From Paraspadella gotoi (Eukaryota > Animalia > Chaetognatha): a stretch of 64,000 nucleotides of DNA. The position numbers were made by a program, and so were the translations under genes. Where the stretch lies: positions 21,341,045 through 21,405,044 of the forward strand of contig CM119264.1 in the NCBI GenBank assembly GCA_051294375.1, read 5' to 3'. The number at the start of each line of letters is the position of its first letter. Position 1 is the stretch's first letter. This document shows, one piece after another, positions 53,326-64,000 of this stretch. Under the pieces are notes generated by a model. It saw only the letters and a program-made list of their open reading frames with translations. It did no database searches and was not told the DNA's origin.

Positions 53326-56102
53326 CAGCCGGCGCCGCAGCTGCGCGCCCCTTCATCGGCTCAGCCTCAGATGGCCGCGGCGATAAAAAAATTCTCCTTC
53401 TTAGATTTTCTGATTATTCGGATGAACGAGCTTTTCAAATCTTGGTCGTTGATGACGACCAAATTGTTTGCTCCTTGCTCCTTGCCTTCTTTCGGTCTCC
53501 TGAATTCATCGAATTTTTCCCAGTTTTTTGAGCAAAATATTTGGAAAAGAGAGCTTGGCTGGCCTTATTCTCCCAAAACGCCCCACTTCACCTCAAATTC
53601 GGAATTAAATTGGTTTAAAAATTAGATTATGGTTTAGGATTAAGTTAAGGATTAGGGTTAGGATTAGGAATTGGCTTAGTAATTGGGTTATGAGTTTGGT
53701 AACATATTATCAAAATTAAGTTAAGGGATAAAGAAACAGAAATGAAAAGAGAATCGACATGTTTTAGTTTCCTTTGAATGTTGAAACGCAAAGGTAAAAA
53801 ATATACATTTTGTTCTTTTGTTGGTTGAAAAGCGAGTTGGGCCTTGGGAAGGAAGATGCCTTACATGATAAGACGAGCGGATCAGGGAGAGATCATTGTC
53901 GAGGTTTTCAACTCCAACGGATTACACGATAAATTTCCCCCTTTCCTCATTTAGTCGTTGTCTCAAGCAAAGTATCGGACTTTTTCTACTCGCAACTGAT
54001 TTTATCGATTTTTGAGTCGCCGTTGGGAGCGTCGTCGTTGTTGTTGGCGTTGTTGTTGTTGTTGTCGAGGAAGTTTCCCCGGTCAGTTGTCAGCCCGGAT
54101 CGTTACTGATGATTTTTCTCGCTCATTTGAACGTGAAAAATAGAAGAGACCGAATCAACAGAAGTAGTGAGCAAAAAAAGGGGGAAAATGTATTATGAAA
54201 AATAGAAGAATAAAAGAGTTTTGAAAAGGTATGTAATTTAAAAAAGATTGTAAAAAGAGCAGAATTTTTTTTTCTTTTAATTATAGAAAAACAATTTTTT
54301 TCGATAACAAACTGAAAGAAAAAAAATATTCATTAGAAAAGTAAAAAGAGATAAAAGGAAAAAAAATGAAAAGAGAGAAAAGGAATACGTATAGCACCTG
54401 ATGAATAAATGAATGAATTCAAAAATATGACGGAGCAGAATTTGTCACTTTCATTTCCGAGCCAAACAAAATATTTGCAGCTGCAATCGCCAGTTGGTCT
54501 CATTCCCAAACGATTTTTAGCATAACTCTCCTTTTATGGAAGGGGATTTGTTGCTGTAAATGGTTAACAAAATTATTTAATATAACATATAAAGATGATT
54601 ATTATCCTTCCATGCTTTTTTAAAAATGTATGAAAATAACAGTTAGAAAGAAAGTGTGGATTTATTTCGTTTCCTTCTTCATCGACGCATCCGCGTCCAT
54701 CCTTCCAGCGAAATCTTTTCCTCATTTATCAACGCGTCTCGTTCGTCCTCTGATCTCAGACTTGAGAAGTTTAGTCGAACATTTGACGTCGTAGTTTTAG
54801 ATTTTGAGATTTGAGATTTGGCGAAGAGCGATTGGTCATCTTAGATTTAGCTTTAGCTTTAGCTTGAGCTTAAGATATTTGAGATTTAAGGCTCTCAGTA
54901 TTTAAAGTATAACACAGACAAACACAACAAACCTTAAAACTGATATTACCTCGGGTTTTTTTTTCCTTAACAACAATCACAAAGAAGCTATTCTTATCGC
55001 TTTTATTTTCCCGTTGATCGACCCCAATCCCGGATTCGGTCCGTGAGGTCCCCATTTCGCGGCGACTTTCGGCCATTCGTCTTCCGGAAGATCTCCGCCA
55101 GTTAATTCCCTTTCTTCTTCAACAACAACAACAAACAGACCCACTTTTTATTTTCAACTTAAGACGTTCTTGTGGGGCGATGCTCTATGAGTTTGGGGTT
55201 TTCGAGTTCGAGGCGAAGCCTTCAATTTTTTTCAGCAATAGGTGCATCCTGTTTGAGACGCTATTCACTGGAAAGTAAAAGAGTTGGTTATGCAAATTCA
55301 GGTCCTCATTTATCTTTCAACAAATTAAATAAACAAACCAAAAAAATATCAATAAAAAAGTAAACTACCAACTAACTTTTAAAGTTTTGACGGTCCACTA
55401 TCTCGTTAAAAAATAGATCGGCCAGATATATTTATGGCGTTTTCCGTTGTACTTGTTTATCGCCTTTGCAGACCTCAATTTCCAGGAAAATAGATTCCAA
55501 AAGTAGGGATGATGACTTCAAAAAGGGAAGTAGGTAAAACGGGATAAAAGGAATCAGGATGAATTTGTTCGAAAATGGAAAGAGATGTATATATTAATAA
55601 AACAGATCTTCACTGCGCCAACAAATCAACGTATCTACATATCCACGTATCTCAACCAGAATAGAAGAAATTATTAAACACATTTATACAAACACCGGAA
55701 AACAGAATGATGGTCAGAAGATAAAATTCTAAATCATCTTTCGACGATAAAACTTGAAGATGCAAGCCTAAAATAAAAATCTGAACTCGGGAATCGTAAA
55801 CATTATTGAAATTATCCCTAAAAATAAAAAAAAACTTTGAAGAAAATTCGATCAAAATATATGATAAATACTCAAAACTGCTACTAAATGTAGATTGAAG
55901 AACTCAATCTAATTTAAAATACACCCCAAGTTAATTCCCAACAGGGGAACTTGCAGTAGCTGCTTTTGAAGTTGTTGTTGTTGTTGTTTTTTTTCGACAA
56001 AAAATTCGGAACCAAAGACTTCTTCTCCGACGGCGTCGGTCGCTGCCGGACTGACTTTCGGCCTCGAAAACACGATAATTTAAACACAATTGGCAGGGAA
56101 AC

Positions 56103-56200
<98 letters not shown>

Positions 56201-56856
56201 TATTTTGGTTGTAGAGGTCGTACGAGGGGAGGTCAAAGGATGAGAAAAACAAGAGACATTTCAACGCCAAAAATCTTGCTCAAAATTTTTTTCACTAGTT
56301 TGAACTTCAAGTATTTTTTACTTTTATAAAATAATCTTTTTTTAATCATGTTATAACACGGAAATTTGAGATATCAATATTGACGAATAAGTCAAAAGGT
56401 GATATCATAGAAGGTGACATAAAAAAGACATACAAGATGTCTTACAGGTGACATACGACACCTGGACAAGTGATTGAACGATTTTCTCCCGAACCTTCCT
56501 CGTCCATTCAGAGCGTCTAGAGTTTGTGGAGGGAGGAACATTAATGGAGATAAACATTAGAGAAAAAGGGAAAGCGTGGGGAGAAGCGAGGGGGGGGGGA
56601 GGAGAAAAAGAATTATGCTCCATTGTAGGAAAAGGAAAAAAAGCAAGGAACGGGCAAACGGAGCGACGCGATTTTATTTCTCGCCCATATTTCCTCATCG
56701 CTGACCATAAAACCAGGGATTCGTCACTTTTCACGTTCCGCGATCCTGAAAACGATCACGAATCCGAGGGAGCGAGATGTCACGATTCCGGGCAAAACCT
56801 ACATAACTCTTTTTTTTTCGCTGCATTTTTTATTTTCACGGATTGAATTGTTTATT

Positions 56857-56994
56857 GGATTTGATTGATTGAAATATTGATTGATTGATTGAAATATTGA
56901 TTTGATTGATTTGATTGATTTGATTGATTTGATTGATTTGATTGATTTGATTGATTTGATTGATTTGATTGATTTGATTGATTTGATTTGATTG
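56857..56994. repeat. 9-bp tandem repeat (ATTTGATTG)n
   Basis: More than 10 near-perfect units. Confidence 0.92.
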
Positions 56995-57168
56995 AGCCAC
57001 ATTTTTAACATTTTTAATCATTAACTTTTTTTTCTCTGAAATAAAAAAAACAATTTGACAGTTAAAACGATAAAAATATAAAACGATAAAACGATAAAAG
57101 AAACAATTTGACATTTTTTTAATCATTAAACTAGTTTGTTTTTCTCCCAAACCCCATTTTTTCCACAG

Positions 57169-57621
57169 GAAACGATGGAAATGATGAAATCAATTTCGGG
57201 CTCCGACTTTTGGCGTCGAACTTCGTCCGGTTTTCGATCCGCCGCTTCTGTCGCTGCCAGCGCCGCCAGCGCCGCCAGCGTCTCCGCCGCTAATGTCACA
57301 AACGCCGCTGGCGTATCCGCCGCAGGAATCGCCAGCGCCTCCGCCGCCACGATGAAAAGCAAATATCGGGATTACTATAATAAATCGGCGGAGGACGGCG
57401 GGCGGAAATCGAACGGAAACGAAGACGAAAAACGCGAGGGTGCCGACGAAATTGACGAGATTTACGGCGCGGAGAACAACACTTCCGGCTCTGAGATCGA
57501 GGCTGCAGTTCCGGCCGAGGAGGCTTTGCCTGATTCTCCAGACCTCGATGCGAATCGATCCTCTACCAACGGCGAAGTGGATAACATCGTCGTTGTTTTG
57601 CCCGAAAAAAAACTTTTTTAA
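57169..57621 (+). CDS. TPD52: Tumour protein D52 family, terminal exon
   Basis: TTTTTTCCACAG| acceptor, phase 0, matching the 52562 donor. ETMEMMKSISGSDFWRRTSSGFRSAASVAASAA... parallels the D52 motif (QDVTxTxAYKKTSETLSQAGQKASAA), followed by an acidic tail. TAA at 57619-57621; AATAAA at 57887. Confidence 0.8.
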   Translation, partial: ETMEMMKSISGSDFWRRTSSGFRSAASVAASAASAASVSAANVTNAAGVSAAGIASASAATMKSKYRDYYNKSAEDGGRKSNGNEDEKREGADEIDEIYGAENNTSGSEIEAAVPAEEALPDSPDLDANRSSTNGEVDNIVVVLPEKKLF

Positions 57622-58047
57622 AATTCTTTACATTTCAAAGATCTGACAAACAAACAAAAGCAAAGATTTTCTGGTGACATTTCAGACATTGTTGAATGTT
57701 TAGTCGTAGTCTAAGAATATCAAGTAGATATATCAAAACCTTTCTCTGTGATCTCTCAAGTAAATTGGTATGTCGCGGAAGATTTTGTTTCATTTATTTT
57801 GATTTTTAGAGATTTTTCGCAGGAATTTAATCGTTCGCACGAAATTCAAAAATTCTCAGTAGCGGTTTTCGACATTTAGACAAAACAATAAAAAAATAAA
57901 ATTGAAATTAAAAACAATGAAAAAATAAAATTGAAATAAAAAATAAAATAAAACAATTAGATTCCCACGATTTGATATCTGTCATATCGCGTGCATTCAT
58001 AATTCGAAATTTTATGAAGAACATAACTTCGTTCAAGGCTCAAGAAA

Positions 58048-59919
58048 ATGAACAATTCTTACGAATTTTACGGTAACCCTCAACGTGGTGGCGCACCTAG
58101 CGGCATGAGCGACGGCGGTGGCGGAGTTGGCTCCGACTGGCGTCGCGGCACGCCAATTTCTGCGGTAAAACCCCCGCCAGCCGTTAACGTAGTCACGCCG
58201 ACGTACGTCAACCGCGTCGACAACGACGCTCCACATTTTCAACACCAATCTCAACATTATCCCTTTTTGCAACAACAACAACAACAACTAGCGGAGCATA
58301 TAGACCCGGCGAGAATGAATCCCCAAATCACCTACAACAACAACAACTACTTACCGGATGAGGTCGGATCCAAACGTCCTCCATCCACCGCGGCGCCCTT
58401 CTCGACCTTCGCTCCTCGACCCTGGAGTCTGGAGGCGTCAAAGCCGCCACAATCGACGCCAACGTCGATGCCGACGTCGACGCCGACGAATCTCGCGGCG
58501 GGAAACCGCATCATGTCCAGCGCCGACATTATGAAGAACGTGGCCGTCAATTACGCTCAGGTGGTTCCTCTCAGGGAAAGGCTGCAACAGGAGGCTTTAA
58601 ATCACCAGCAGCAGACGCAGCCGCAACACCGCTCACCACAGCAGGCGACGCCCAGATCGCCTCCGCAGCAGCGACCACATTTCCCAGACCTCTCTGGATC
58701 AGCGCCGAATCAATGGCATGGATACGCTCCGTCATCTTCCGCTGGAACGCCGAGATCTCCAGCTTCAAATGCGGAAACTGGTCGTCATTCTCACTTTAAT
58801 AATGGCTTTCAAGACAACGCGAGAGATCCCTCGCTCCAAAATCGTCCTTTCAACAACAACGGAAGCGTTGGCTCGACCAACATCGACCCCAATCAGTCGA
58901 TCCATCCTCTCAGCAATAAACCACCAAGCAATCACCCGATCAATCATACTCACAATCACCCGAACGATCGATCGAACACAAATTCCCCCGCGCAGGACGC
59001 TGTCGTCATTGGGCGCCTTCAACCGGCGCCGGTCAAAGAGGCGCCCATCGTTCGCGTCACCGACTACGATCGAGAGAAGATGATGCTGGACGAGCAGATG
59101 CGACGGTTGATGTTGCTGCAGGATCGAGTCAATGAAGTGGAGAGCAGGACTAATGGGGAGCCTCGAAGCGAAACATCTATGGTTGGACAGACGAGACAGA
59201 ATTCCGTGGAAAGCAATCGTCCGCAAAACCAACAGCAAAGCCAAAACCCACAGCAATGGCAGAACCAACAGCAACGGCCAAATCCGCCAATGCACAAAGA
59301 GTTTTCTCCTCGTCGACAAAGCGCCACGGACGACGGTGACTCTGGAATCGGCGAGGCGGCGTTCCGCGCCCCCGCTCCGCCCTTGACGCACGCGTCACTG
59401 GTAGGAACGGTGCCCGTCGATGGGTTCGGGAATCGAATCGCGCCGTCTCACGGATTCGATCGTCGGGGATCGAGAGAGCCTCCGCCGGAAGTGGCGCGGC
59501 GAAACGCCGTTAATTTGGCGCGGACGGAGACGTCGAGGAATCCCGCGGAATCCTTCGTCATCGATTCGACTGGCCCGGAGCCGATGATGAGACGAACGAT
59601 GAACCAATCAGATTATGTGTCTGGATCAGGATACGGACCAAACAGCGGCGGAGGCGTCGGAGGCGGCGGCCTCCTCGATTTTCGACACCAAATCCCAAAA
59701 TCGACACCGCATTTTGAGCACAACAACAGTAAAGATACTACCCCAATAACTCTCCAACAGCTTCGTCGTCGGCCCAGCCAGCCGAAACCAGCCCAATCGA
59801 AAGCGAAACAACCGGCTGTCCCGACTAAAATCCCTTCCGCCAATTTGCTGCAGCCGCCTCCAGACCCCAAGAGACCCCCGGGTCGCAAATCCGTCAAGTT
59901 TATCTCCAAAGACGGTCAG
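58048..59919 (+). CDS. Uncharacterised Pro/Gln/Ser/Asn-rich protein (~1018 aa), exon 1 (624 codons)
   Basis: 1.9-kb GC-rich ORF with AAAATG start and an in-frame stop at 58024. Donor CAG|GTAAAG at 59919/59920, phase 0. Short coiled-coil-like stretch DREKMMLDEQMRRLMLLQDRVNEVE. Confidence 0.9.
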
Positions 59920-59994
59920 GTAAAGAGAAAAGATTGATAGTAGCATTCGCTAGAATTTCATAATTTCATTTCATAATTTCATAATTTCATAATT

Positions 59995-60034
<40 letters not shown>

Positions 60035-60092
60035 TAACTCTCTTCCCTCCTGTCCATATTCCTTTCCCTCTATAATCTATAACCATTCATAG

Positions 60093-60289
60093 ATCCGCTC
60101 CTCTTCTCGCTCCTGCAAGTCCGTTGACCTCCGCCCCTCCGGTGACACCTCTGGACCCTCTGGTCGCGGCCTCACAGCGTCAGAGGCGCTGGGAGTTACG
60201 CCATCTTTAGGTCCCTGGATTCACCGATTGCGAAAGTCGCCGAGCGCGGGATCATTCGCTTCGCAAGAGTCGAGCGAGGCTGGCGGCAG
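60093..60289 (+). CDS. Same gene, exon 2 (phase 0 to 2)
   Basis: TTCATAG|ATCCGC ... GGCAG|GTTGTT. Open frame IRSSSRSCKSVDLRP...SQESSEAGG. Confidence 0.8.
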
Positions 60290-60383
60290 GTTGTTTTATA
60301 AAAATACATTCAACTTACCTTTTCTAAAAGAAAAAGAAAACTTTAAACTAACCTCGTCTCTTCCCCAAAAAACAAACATTCAG

Positions 60384-60704
60384 GTGGTCATCAGAGCCTC
60401 CGACATCCGCGCGAGTCCCCCCAGCGCGTCTACACAATCCGCGACCAGCTTCAGATTCGTTCGCTGGTCGTCCGGCCGCCCCGACGATGAGGCCAACGCC
60501 GAAGACGATTTCAGCGACACGATCTTCGCATCCGAACGAATCGACGTTCGAATCGGAGATCGCCACGCTGGAGGCGGCCATCGGCCTTGAACGCCCGACC
60601 CATCGGCCCATCGTGGACGACGACGCCGCGTCTGAACCGGAATCGGAATATTTGACGCCAGTCGAGGCTCACCGGCGCCGGGTGAAGGCCAAAGAGATTC
60701 ACAA
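60384..60704 (+). CDS. Same gene, exon 3 (phase 2 to 2)
   Basis: CTAAC branch point, ATTCAG| acceptor, CAA|GTAAGT donor. Open frame WSSEPPTSARVPP...FESEIATLEAAIGLE...EYLTPVEAHRRRVKAKEIH. Confidence 0.85.
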
Positions 60705-60950
60705 GTAAGTGAGAAGGATATGGTTTGAATAATAATAATTATTCAATATTTCTAAAGATTAAAAAATTATGCAGCTAATATGAAAAATTTAGATTATAAA
60801 TAAGATTATAAAATTGAGATTAAACTAAGATCGTTAAGATTATTAAGATTGAAATAAACTAAGGTTATTAAGTTTATTAATATAACTAAGATTATTAGGA
60901 TTATTAAGATTTAACGAAAATTAAACCTGCTGAATATTTTGTCCGCTTAG

Positions 60951-61059
60951 GATGCTCTCAAAAAACGCGGGCGGTTGGACGCGAGAGGCTCTGAAGGAGG
61001 AAGAAGAGGAGACGCCCGAAGTTGGGCGGGGGCGCCGCCAGGCTCTAGGATTAGCCCAG
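60951..61059 (+). CDS. Same gene, exon 4 (phase 2 to 0)
   Basis: GCTTAG|G ... CAG|GTAAGG. MLSKNAGGWTREALKEEEEETPEVGRGRRQALGLAQ. Confidence 0.85.
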
Positions 61060-61164
61060 GTAAGGGGGCGTCTATGGTGTTCAATTTTGTTATGTTAAAT
61101 AAAATGTGATAAGCTACATAATGACGGTTATTATTTTGTTTTATTCTTTAACCTTCATTTGCAG

Positions 61165-61176
61165 AACAAACTCGCT
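61165..61176 (+). CDS. Same gene, 12-nt micro-exon (NKLA, phase 0 to 0)
   Basis: TTTAACCTTCATTTGCAG|AACAAACTCGCT|GTATGT: consensus sites, frame-preserving. Confidence 0.6.
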
Positions 61177-61588
61177 GTATGTATAGGACGAAATCGATTC
61201 GTGTTAAATTTAATTTTTGTTTTCATATTATAATATTCTCTGAGCAACGTTTTTCGTGGCATTGGGAAACTTTTTTAACTGTCCCCCGTTTTCAACGGAC
61301 GCACTTAACCGTTTACGAATTTGCTTCACACTTTTGATAAAACGAATGAATATCATCCTTTGATGATAAGTTCGTAGGGTATCGGGTTCGCGCCCTGTGT
61401 TTTGCGGGTCTTCTTAAGTTCTGAGCCAAAGTTAAAAGAAATAAACTTAAAAACTCCTGACATTAGTTGACTGTCTTCAAATTTTTAACATTTAATATTG
61501 CTTTATTAACTGTCACACCGCAAACCTAGAGCCACGCGTTGACTCTTAAAAGTCTCGTATCGATTCAAATCAAGGCTGTCCTCTCTAG

Positions 61589-62134
61589 GCAATCGCAAGG
61601 GAGGCATCCAAGAAGAGAAAGGAGCAACGACGGGAGAGAGCCAAGTCCTGGGCGCAGCCGGAACCGCAGCCGGACTCTCCAGAGCAGGATCTTCGAAACT
61701 CCGGACTTCGATCTCAGAGCCGAGATGAATTAGATTCCGCCCCGTGGGAATCGCAGCGCCCACTGTCGGGTGTCCGTGGGACGACCCCGGAGAGACTGCC
61801 GCAGCGGCAACCGAGATACGAATCAGCGCCTCCCGATCAACGGCTCCGCGGAATGGCGCCGAATGGAATCGATTATTCAGCGGCACCGCCTCCGAGAAAC
61901 TTGGCGCCCGGCTTCCAGACACCTCGTCCGTCGTCTTACGGTACCGGAATGGCGTCGGTCCCTTCGACTCGACGGGACGCGACGCCGCGAGACCCGAGAA
62001 TAGCGCCGGTAGGAGCGCCCGCTTTGGAACCGCCGACGGACCCGGCGCGGCGAGAGAGGTTCTACGCCGACGTTGGGAATTTGCAGCGCTGGATGGCGCA
62101 AGATGATGCGAGGCTCGTCAGTGACGTTCTTTGA
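61589..62134 (+). CDS. Same gene, terminal exon (phase 0)
   Basis: CCTCTCTAG|GCAATC acceptor, 181 open codons AIAREASKKRKEQRRERAKSWAQPEP...RERFYADVGNLQRWMAQDDARLVSDVL then TGA. AATAAA at ~62248. Confidence 0.82.
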   Translation, partial: AIAREASKKRKEQRRERAKSWAQPEPQPDSPEQDLRNSGLRSQSRDELDSAPWESQRPLSGVRGTTPERLPQRQPRYESAPPDQRLRGMAPNGIDYSAAPPPRNLAPGFQTPRPSSYGTGMASVPSTRRDATPRDPRIAPVGAPALEPPTDPARRERFYADVGNLQRWMAQDDARLVSDVL

Positions 62135-63205
62135 ATCTTCTTTTGCTTCTAAATTTTCTTTTCTTCGCGGAAACAGGCAAAAAACAACTAGCGTAAGCTT
62201 TCCAAATATCGCTTTTCGGGGATAATACAACATTTTTCATGGTTACGAATAAAAAGATATTTTAAGAATAAATTATAGGTATTTTACAAAGGTCTTTTAT
62301 TTTATTATTGAATGTGCCAATAATTAAACCCAAATATGTTTTTATGGTTCATTACTTTGCTTGCAATCAATGTGATATCAATCAAAATTCGTATGCACCT
62401 AGTCCTTAAAATTTGTCATTATGAAACAAAAGCTAATTCCTTTTGATTAAAATTACAGTTTGCTATAATTTTCTAAGAATATATGATTAAAATTTTAACG
62501 TAAATATGTTTGCATTGCAGTGCAGAATGGAAATCAATATATTTCTAAGAATAAAATTTGGTATTACTCATCTTTGTATTGTTGCGATCGCTCCATGATT
62601 ATCTGTCGACGAAGGAGTACGTGAATTAAAAACTAAAAAAATAATCGAAAGCAAAAATGCCAAAACCAGCTAATTATCAAATTTTAAAAACAATCGCATG
62701 GTAATAATAATTGGATCGAGCTTGAGAAATAGAAATGATGAAAAGTTAAACCTCGAGGGAAAAAAGAGAAATGAGATCAGGAAGGAAAATAATGGGGTAA
62801 AAAAATGTTTCGCGAAACCTCAAAACGGGTTTGAGAATGTTCACCGGTTTATCCTATAGTATTACTTGAGAATAAATTATCATTTTGACCGAGGTACGAG
62901 GTAGTAAGATAGCACTTTAAAAAACTATATTTCATAGAGATATTTTTTTTTAGATGATTGATATTAATGTGGTTAAGTTAAAAATATAGTTCGTACGTCT
63001 CTTTCGACAACTGCAAAAACGCTCACGAGATCGATCATTTTTTGTAAGGGGAAGAAAAAGAGAAATTTTTAGCTCGGGTTAACGTCCTCCGAAGTTTGAA
63101 GAAGTTGGAAGTCGACGATAAGAAGTAGAAAACTATTGAACTGCTTACCGCAAAATTGAACAAAAATAAAGTAAAAGACAGGTAACATTATCTAAAAATT
63201 TTGCA

Positions 63206-63244
<39 letters not shown>

Positions 63245-63330
63245 ACGCGGTTTTTTTTCTTGTTCCAATTCATTTCCACCCACGCGATTCTTTCTTCATC
63301 TTCTCATATCTTATCTTAATTTTTTGTCTG

Positions 63331-63401
<71 letters not shown>

Positions 63402-64000
63402 ATCTCAAAACCCCCTCTTCTACATGCCACAACCCACCTTCATTTCTCCTCTTCATCATTCAATTTCTCTTCGATCGTTTTTTTCTCTTAACCCCTCCCC
63501 CCTCTCCTCTCCCTCGACGGTCTTTCATTAAACATTCAGACTCCATTTAATTCGCTACCAAGTTGGCAACTGTGCAACAAACCAGACCCGAGACGAGAAG
63601 GAGAGCGGATGGGCGGAGGGCGGTGGGGGGGGGGAAGGGGTGAGAGAGCGCGCGGAATGGCCCGATGATGATGGGGACGATTGATATAATTCGTGGCGAT
63701 GATGATCATGATGATAGATGATGATGATGATGATGATGATGGATAGATGATGATGATGGAGACTCGTGCGGCGGTTGACAATGTGAAAGATGTTTAACTA
63801 ATACCGATTGTTTTTGATGACGCTGATGATATCAATTATAATGAAAAAGTCGATAAAAATAGTGAAATTCATGATACTTTTTGTCGTGCATTATTTTTTG
63901 ACACTCAAAGTGAAAAACATGATCGGCTTGAAGCAAAAATCAAAACACAATAAAAAACGTACTTGAGGTTAAGATACGTTTTCACCGAGAGAACCACTAA

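Noticed and set aside
58765-59946. Several - strand ORFs of 70-208 aa
   Set aside because: Antisense shadows of the GC-rich + strand exon 58048-59919.
61530-61733. Alternative acceptor at 61529 giving ORF ...TLKSLVSIQIK...EMN*
   Set aside because: Weaker pyrimidine tract, and it leaves 400 bp of GC-rich open sequence unexplained; the 61588 acceptor explains the whole island.

Overview
AT-rich, microsatellite-dense eukaryotic (invertebrate animal) scaffold with eight N gaps and long-read-type indel errors. No prokaryotic genes, rRNA, tRNA or CRISPR array were seen. About a quarter of the window looks like redundant assembly: a 9.3-kb block repeated across a 25-N gap (probably two haplotypes), a ~11.3-kb palindrome and a second ~1.1-kb fold-back. 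Supported biology, all read by eye: (1) a TPD52 (tumour protein D52) family gene, with the coiled-coil exon at 52381-52562 and the last exon at 57169-57621, first exon unresolved; (2) 426 bp downstream, a six-exon gene (58048-62134) for a ~1018-aa low-complexity protein I cannot assign to a family, including a 12-nt micro-exon; (3) an internally deleted DD34E Tc1 transposon with TIRs and TA target sites, present once in each palindrome arm; (4) an 851-bp TA-flanked MITE-like element; (5) a 53-bp minisatellite and many microsatellites. Weaker candidates are short + strand exons at 20-27.5 kb that could be alternative terminal exons. I found no well-supported novel multi-gene system. The best leads are the tightly packed TPD52/orphan gene pair (co-transcription or an alternative fused isoform) and the orphan protein itself.
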